Assembly (NCBI GenBank): GCA_963667785.2
Contig: CAXXMU010000001.1
Coordinates: forward strand, 384,001 to 448,000
Length of the DNA stretch: 64,000 nt
Reading direction: 5' to 3'
DNA from: Alphaproteobacteria bacterium
GTDB lineage: Bacteria > Pseudomonadota > Alphaproteobacteria > UBA828
Shown: one piece after another, positions 58,282-64,000 of the stretch
How the letters are laid out: each line of letters starts with the position of its first letter
Position numbering within the stretch: position 1 is the stretch's first letter
Position numbers and translations under genes: made by a program
The notes under the pieces: model-generated
The model's database searches: none
What the model was told of the DNA's origin: nothing
What the model saw: the letters and a program-made list of their open reading frames with translations, nothing else

Positions 58282-60123
58282 TCATGCGGCTCGCAGCAGC
58301 GGGGAGAAAAAGCCTGCATCGGAGGAGTTCGGCGATCCGACGAGCAAGGCCCTGTCCAGGAACCGGTTGTACTCCTCGCAGGCCGTCTCAGGTGCGAACA
58401 CGCAGGCATGGCATGCGGCCAGGGACAAACCGTCGGACCCGGCAACAAGCCCTTCAATGCACAGGGGATCGGAGGAACACCACTCCATCGCCCGGATTGC
58501 AGCTTCGACGGCGCGTTCGATGCGGCGGGATTCACCCTGCCGCTGCAGACCGCCGAGGGTGCCGTCAGCGTCTGAAGTGGCGGTATAGATTAAGAGGCCT
58601 GCCATCCCGTCATCCCCTTCGCTCACGTATAGGCGCTCGCGCAGGGCGGCCGTCGAGTAACCACACTCCAGCGTAAGTTGGCGCATCAGTGCATGCGCGA
58701 ATGTGTGGGCCAACAGATAGCGAGGCGTGATGGGCCATGCCGGATCGCCTTCGCCGTAACGCTTCTGCCATTCGACATGCCAAGCCGCGTGAACCTTCCG
58801 GGCACGGTCCTGCACAATGCCCTGTACTTCCCACGGGCGAAGCGTCTCCTGATTGAAAGCCAGGAATATGCCTTCGCCGCGAACCTCAATTGCCGGAAGC
58901 CAGCCGGGCTGGCCGACAGCGATCGCCGCGATATCGGGGCTGTCTTCATCCCCAGGCGGATTGATGCGGGTGAAACCCTTCAGGGCGCGAACCTCGCGCA
59001 ACCGCACAACGCGGACGATTCGACTGAAAAAGGGGCCCAGGCTGTCAGGCAGTGAGACGCTCCGCACTTCGAACTCGCGCGCGTCCCTATCGGCGGTATC
59101 AGCTCCCAAGACGAACTGCCGGTATTCCTCCTGGCGAATATTCAGAATTGCGTCGTCATTGTAGCGAGCGAGCCGGTCTTCGACCTGCTGAGCCAGTTCC
59201 TCTGGGCTGAGGCCGAGTTCATTAAGAACGGGGTCCAGTTCACCCTGTGCCAGGATGCGGATGAATGTGGCCCGGTCCTCGGGATCTGCACGGACGATCG
59301 GGGTCCAGTAAACTCCGAGCGCTTCCTGAAGAGCGTCCGACCACGGAGGAATGCTCAGCGCCGACTCCAGGACGGGGAAATAGAGATTCGATGCGCCTCG
59401 CTGTAATGCGCGCGGTTGGTGGTTGCACGATTCGTTGGTTGCGGCCAGCCAAGGCCGGCGCCCCCGGCACTGGAAACCGTGCCATGTGCGTGCATTGAAA
59501 ACGCCGTCCATGGACCGTCGTGCCTTGCAGTCCGGGCAGCTCAGGATCAGTCCGGCCAGACCCGGCCGTTCCGATCTGAGATACAGGTCGGCGCGTTCCT
59601 TCTTCTCGCAGTCATCCTTGTGTCCGACCCAGAGATGCCACGGAAACTCGTCCAGGTGTCCCTTCGCACAGGCCATCACGAAGCGGATTGGCACCGCAAA
59701 GACCTTGCGTTGCCCAGGTGCCTGTCGCGTACAGCGTGCGCAGTACCGATAGGCCCGGCCAGGCTCATGCGACCAGCGGCGCGCCGGTGCAAGGCGGTCG
59801 CATAGCGGGCATTGCAGCCACTCGGGAAACCTCGCTGCAACCAGGGCGCGGCGGTCGGGATCGGCGTCGTCGTTCGGCCCACTTTCATCGACAACCGGCG
59901 GCAGACGAAACCCGTCTACCGAGAGCTTCCTCTGCAGCCGCGGTTCTGCAATTCGTTGGGGATTGCGAAGACCTGGGGGTGGAAAAGATCTGTCCCATTC
60001 CTCAAGGCCGGCCGCGACGGCGGATACAGCTGCGCCGTCAGCGCGGAAATCAACAACGGCACCCGGACCGAATGTCATCAGTGCGGCGCTTCTCCGCAGA
60101 TCCCCGAGACGATTATTGGCCAT
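58282..60123 (-). CDS. drmB: DUF1998-containing DrmB-like protein
   Basis: TFGPGAVVD, RFVMAC..GHLDEFPW, RGASNLYF, EVRGEGIF, HTFAHALM, CSSDPLC, ACHAC...ETACE..N..LDR. Confidence 0.88.
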   Translation of the reverse strand: MANNRLGDLRRSAALMTFGPGAVVDFRADGAAVSAVAAGLEEWDRSFPPPGLRNPQRIAEPRLQRKLSVDGFRLPPVVDESGPNDDADPDRRALVAARFPEWLQCPLCDRLAPARRWSHEPGRAYRYCARCTRQAPGQRKVFAVPIRFVMACAKGHLDEFPWHLWVGHKDDCEKKERADLYLRSERPGLAGLILSCPDCKARRSMDGVFNARTWHGFQCRGRRPWLAATNESCNHQPRALQRGASNLYFPVLESALSIPPWSDALQEALGVYWTPIVRADPEDRATFIRILAQGELDPVLNELGLSPEELAQQVEDRLARYNDDAILNIRQEEYRQFVLGADTADRDAREFEVRSVSLPDSLGPFFSRIVRVVRLREVRALKGFTRINPPGDEDSPDIAAIAVGQPGWLPAIEVRGEGIFLAFNQETLRPWEVQGIVQDRARKVHAAWHVEWQKRYGEGDPAWPITPRYLLAHTFAHALMRQLTLECGYSTAALRERLYVSEGDDGMAGLLIYTATSDADGTLGGLQRQGESRRIERAVEAAIRAMEWCSSDPLCIEGLVAGSDGLSLAACHACVFAPETACEEYNRFLDRALLVGSPNSSDAGFFSPLLRAA

Positions 60124-63100
60124 CGTCGTTTCCCCGCGACGGTCGTTCGCTCAGCCTTTCGGCGAGTCTGAATTGCGTCGAGGGTTCGACGCTTCGCATG
60201 TTGTTCAGTGTCGGCCACGCTTCTCCTGGCATACGTCCCATTGCGCGCAGTGTGGCGGCCCGCTCGGCGTCCTGCAGAAGGGAGCTTCCAATCCGCCAGG
60301 GCCACCAGTAACTCTCAGGTGCGCGGAATTCCCAGGTTTCGAGACAGCGCTCCAACTCCATCTGTACGGCTGTCTCCTCCGGATCAATTGCTGACGACCT
60401 CTGGACGACGTCGCGGATCAGGTCTCTCGCGGCGTCGAGGGCATCATCGTTCAGCGCCGGCCTGTCCAACATGCCGGGAACCAGATGCCGGACGAGGGCA
60501 ACCAGAACTGAGTGAAGCGCGCGGTCTCGGGCCCGCGATGCAAATGGCGTGACACTCGTCGGTTCGACATCCCGATAGAGCGTCTCGTGCCATGTGGGGA
60601 AGCTCTCGTAGTGCGACCGGTCGCGGGCCTTGGCATTGTTCAGGACAGCCACGACCAGACCGGGGACATCGCCGCGCCCCACACGGCTCGTGGCCTGTAT
60701 GTATTCGGCGATGCCCTTGGGCTGTCCGTTTACCAGCATCAGGCCGAGGCGGGGAATGTCGACGCCGACGCTCAGCATGTTGGTCGCAAGCACAACGTCG
60801 AGAGCGCCCTCGCCGACCGAGGGTATTTCGAGGCGGTCCAGCATGTCCCTTACATCGGCCTGAGTCCGCCTGGATGTCAGCTCCTCTATGAACTCGGGCT
60901 GACGTGCGGTCTCTTCGCGTCGCTGCGCGAAAATGGAAAGACTGTCGTTGACGTCGTCCTGCATCAGCACGAGTGCGCCGCCAAGTTCGCGCAACGAGTT
61001 GAAATAAGAGACCAGCGTCCAGTACGGATCCCGCGCGGGATCGTCTGGAGGGGCATTTGACGCAGATTGAAGAAGCGATGCCGCTACAGCCTGGAGCGTG
61101 AATTTCGCCGACCTTCCGGCCGTGGTAATCCCTGCATACCTGCGACCGGGCGCATCGCGGTCCACGACGGCGAAGGCAGAGTCATCCGCGTCAATACAGG
61201 GCGGTGGGAACTGAGCGGTCTCGCGGTCGAACAGGGATGCCACCTGTTCGGATGCGCGTCGGATTGTTGCTGTGGAGCCGATGATTTTCGGGCGCACAGC
61301 ACCTGTCGAGAACATTCGGTCGACTGCAGCCTCATAGAGGCCCGCGACGGTGCCAAGCGGACCGGAAATCAGATGCAGTTCGTCCTGCAGGATCAGATCG
61401 GGCGGCTGGCCGGTATCCAGGCCAAAAAGAGTGTTCACCTGCTTGCGACGGACGATCTGCGCATACTTGTCAATCGTGCCGATGAGCAGGGTCGGACGTA
61501 TCCGGTATACGTCCTCGTCCACGGTCCAGACTGGGAGAGGGACTTCGGGATCGAACAGAAGACATTCCTCGTTCTTGCATCGAACGTGAATGGCTCCGGC
61601 CTGTTCGTCATGCTCCCACGTCAGTTGCTTGCGACAGGCGGGGCACTGCACAAGCTGTTTCGGCGTTGGCTGATCCGGAGCGCCCCCAAGAGCGACGGCT
61701 GCATCCACCACCCTGTTCGGGACCGCCTCGCCACCAACCCAAAGCCCGATCGAGAAAGGAGTGGATCCCAATTCAGGGCGGGAAACGCCGGCCTCTGGGA
61801 TGCGTCCACGCCTGATTGCCTCGCACGCGAGCAGGACTGCGGCGGCGCGCACGAACTGCTGCGTCGTGAGGAGCCGCAGCGTGTAGCGCATGATCGCCGC
61901 GACGCCATGGCCCCGGTCTGGATCGTCAGCGGCGGATAGCCGTCTGAAGAATGCGAGAAACGCGATCAGTGCGAGGTAGGCTTCGGTCTTGCCGCCGCCC
62001 GTCGGAAACCAGAGCAGGTCCATGAACCGGCGTTCGGGGTGCTGGCGATCCACGACAGATGCCGCTGCGAGCAGGATGAAACCGAGTTGGAAGGGCCGCC
62101 ATTCGAGAGGGCCGCGCTCCCTTTTCTTCGGATCCCAGCCGTGTTGAACATCCATGGCGAGATTGGCGAGGCGGAATGCGCGCGACATTACGGCGTCTTC
62201 GGAAATGCGCGTCGCCCCTGCAGCCACGCGCGTGTGGACATCGCGGCACAATGTGATGTTCTTGTCGGCCTGATCCCGAAACTCCTCAGAGAGTGAAGAC
62301 ACTTCGGCAGCCCTGGCGTCAATCCATGTCTGGTAGGCCGCCGGAAGGAGATGCAGAGCGTCGGCGAGTTCATCTGATGCCGCCATCGCCAGCCATCGAG
62401 CGGACAGCGGATTGTGCTTTGCATTGGTGCGCAGTGATGCGAATACCTCGTGACCGGCGGAGCTCGTTGAATGAACCTTTGTGGTGGGAGTCCAGGTGGT
62501 GGCAACAAGTCCTGCCGTTGCCGGTTCGAGCCCAGGCTCCCATTCGACGGAACAGGTATGGCCGTTCGCAAACTCGTGCGCGTTCCGGTACAGAAGCGCT
62601 CCCGAGCGGTCATCGTCGTCGAGAACGGCACGTCGCGACGGCCGCGCGACCAGAACGGTCCCCCGTCGTGGCCTTATCTCGATGCGGACCTGAAACAGCG
62701 TCAGCCGCTCGATACCCTCGCGATCTTCGTCTTCATCCGGCTCGGCCTGGTTGAGGAGCGTGATGGTAGCGAGAGTGCCGCCAGACCAAGCGGCTGAGCG
62801 CAGGTGCAGCCTGATACCCGACGGCGCCCCAAGTGGTTCAAGATCGGTGAACCGGGCGCCGTCCTGGAGGGCAACGCCATTCACCGGGATCAGATATGCC
62901 TTGCGTCGCCATTCCGTCCGCCTTCGAACGCGGCCGTCATTGGCTGACTGGCCTCGCTCCGACCCGGGGCCGATTTCATCCTCCTCAGGTGTGACGGGCA
63001 CATAGGTTGCAAATCGGACGGACACGTCCACTTCGGCACCGGCGTCGGCAGCGGTGGCGGCGAAAGAGACACCTGCGGAGCAGGGTCGGCTCATACCGAC

Positions 63101-63316
63101 GAGGGAGACTTCCTCTTCCTCGCCTCCGCCGTCCGTCTCACTTTCTCCGACGCCCGACAGACCGAACCGTTCGTCTTCCTCGGCTCCCATGCGGGTTTCG
63201 CGCGGCCAAAGGATGCCGGTGAGATAGACATCCGACGGGCGTGATGTGAGAACTTCGTCCTCGGTGTATGGGCCGATCAGGTCCTGCTTCAGCCGGTCAA
63301 GCAGAGTTTCGCGCAC
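60113..63316 (-). CDS. drmA: DrmA-like SF2 helicase
   Basis: WRPFQL, WFPTGGGKTEAY, RYTLRLLT.QQF, QDELHLISGPLG, STAT, ELTSR, ATNMLSVGVD, YIQATSRVGR, RDRSHYE. Confidence 0.9.
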   Translation of the reverse strand: MRETLLDRLKQDLIGPYTEDEVLTSRPSDVYLTGILWPRETRMGAEEDERFGLSGVGESETDGGGEEEEVSLVGMSRPCSAGVSFAATAADAGAEVDVSVRFATYVPVTPEEDEIGPGSERGQSANDGRVRRRTEWRRKAYLIPVNGVALQDGARFTDLEPLGAPSGIRLHLRSAAWSGGTLATITLLNQAEPDEDEDREGIERLTLFQVRIEIRPRRGTVLVARPSRRAVLDDDDRSGALLYRNAHEFANGHTCSVEWEPGLEPATAGLVATTWTPTTKVHSTSSAGHEVFASLRTNAKHNPLSARWLAMAASDELADALHLLPAAYQTWIDARAAEVSSLSEEFRDQADKNITLCRDVHTRVAAGATRISEDAVMSRAFRLANLAMDVQHGWDPKKRERGPLEWRPFQLGFILLAAASVVDRQHPERRFMDLLWFPTGGGKTEAYLALIAFLAFFRRLSAADDPDRGHGVAAIMRYTLRLLTTQQFVRAAAVLLACEAIRRGRIPEAGVSRPELGSTPFSIGLWVGGEAVPNRVVDAAVALGGAPDQPTPKQLVQCPACRKQLTWEHDEQAGAIHVRCKNEECLLFDPEVPLPVWTVDEDVYRIRPTLLIGTIDKYAQIVRRKQVNTLFGLDTGQPPDLILQDELHLISGPLGTVAGLYEAAVDRMFSTGAVRPKIIGSTATIRRASEQVASLFDRETAQFPPPCIDADDSAFAVVDRDAPGRRYAGITTAGRSAKFTLQAVAASLLQSASNAPPDDPARDPYWTLVSYFNSLRELGGALVLMQDDVNDSLSIFAQRREETARQPEFIEELTSRRTQADVRDMLDRLEIPSVGEGALDVVLATNMLSVGVDIPRLGLMLVNGQPKGIAEYIQATSRVGRGDVPGLVVAVLNNAKARDRSHYESFPTWHETLYRDVEPTSVTPFASRARDRALHSVLVALVRHLVPGMLDRPALNDDALDAARDLIRDVVQRSSAIDPEETAVQMELERCLETWEFRAPESYWWPWRIGSSLLQDAERAATLRAMGRMPGEAWPTLNNMRSVEPSTQFRLAERLSERPSRGNDDGQ

Positions 63317-64000
63317 GCCCCCGCCTCCCTTTCTTGTTGCGACCGGGGAAAAACACCGTGCTGTAACCCAGGATCAGTGGTGCCAGCATGATCCCGCTGC
63401 TTCTCCAGGGCTCGTGAAGTGCCTCGCATTCGGGCGCGTCCGGGGGCAGGACGATTGTGCGGACCCCCTGTACATGCAGGTGCCGGATAGTGTCCGGGGG
63501 GCGTCTGCGGATTCCTCCAAGCTTTGCCTGAACGGCATCGGCGATGGCAAACAGGTCGGTATTCACGCTCTGCGACAGGACAGCCAGACAATGCCCACTT
63601 CCATCCTCCCTCAGGCGGAACGCGAAACGCGATGAGCGATCGCTTTCGGCCACGAGGGGTACGGACGCATCCGCAAAGCTGCGAATGCTGTTCTGGCTGG
63701 CGCGTACCGCGGCGCCGTTTGGGAAATAGGTGCGGCCGGCCAGACCTTCGGCGCCAATATCGGTGTCACGACCGATTTCGACCTGGGCGCGAGGTTTGCT
63801 GTCCCTTGTCTTGAGGCTGTATGCCCTGCCGGAACCCTCGACCCGGCTGGCGTACTGGCGATACCCGCGTCCGACCAGCAGTCGTGACCGCCCGCGTGTC
63901 GCACCCACAAAGACGACCCGGGCCTCTTCGTCCTGGTCAACGTGCTGGTTGTGTGTTCGGGGCAGCATCAGATGCACTGTGTCCGCCTCCCGGCCCTTGG
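63297..64000 (-). CDS. UvrD/SF1 helicase-like protein, C-terminal part (runs off the window end)
   Basis: KGREADTVHL...EEARVVFVGATRGR (motifs V/VI); overlaps the drmA start. Confidence 0.75.
   Translation of the reverse strand, partial: KGREADTVHLMLPRTHNQHVDQDEEARVVFVGATRGRSRLLVGRGYRQYASRVEGSGRAYSLKTRDSKPRAQVEIGRDTDIGAEGLAGRTYFPNGAAVRASQNSIRSFADASVPLVAESDRSSRFAFRLREDGSGHCLAVLSQSVNTDLFAIADAVQAKLGGIRRRPPDTIRHLHVQGVRTIVLPPDAPECEALHEPWRSSGIMLAPLILGYSTVFFPGRNKKGRRGRARNSA

Noticed and set aside
58281-58535. N-terminal extension of the NERD-helicase ORF given in the ORF track
   Set aside because: It overlaps the drmB 3' end; the ATG at 58280, right after the drmB stop, is the more plausible start

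Overview
High-GC proteobacterial DNA, probably alphaproteobacterial; the gene families suggest a host-associated or sponge-symbiont type, which is inference only. (1) 1-16.4 kb is metabolic and housekeeping: enoyl-CoA hydratase, iorAB, transporters, dinB, an SH3/MORN protein, boxC-boxB with a benzoate-CoA ligase but no boxA, and pgi. (2) 16.5-35.6 kb is accessory: LysR, STAS, a single-chain GAF-PAS-HK-REC-wHTH regulator, a lipoprotein subtilase, and three paralogous secreted Cys-rich proteins with a shared long leader. These are followed by a TolC / PAS-fused adaptor / ABC ATPase / permease exporter, a vitamin-K-dependent carboxylase-like (HTTM) gene and a DCC thiol-disulfide protein. This is a candidate undescribed system for modifying and secreting disulfide-rich proteins. 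(3) 35.6-64 kb is a mobile/defence island with three cargo-carrying IS1595 elements whose terminal inverted repeats can be read directly. One carries a complete BglII-like R-M system, one a Panacea TA pair, and one a Dcd-like deaminase operon plus a metzincin lipoprotein. Two of them abut across an inverted 8-bp target copy. The island also holds an AAA+/DUF4143 gene preceded by 22-bp-period repeats, a dynamin-like GTPase, and a DISARM-like drmA-drmB operon with a NERD-helicase and an MspJI/AspBHI-type nuclease. I recognised no rRNA, tRNA or CRISPR array. All family assignments come from recalled motifs, not database searches.
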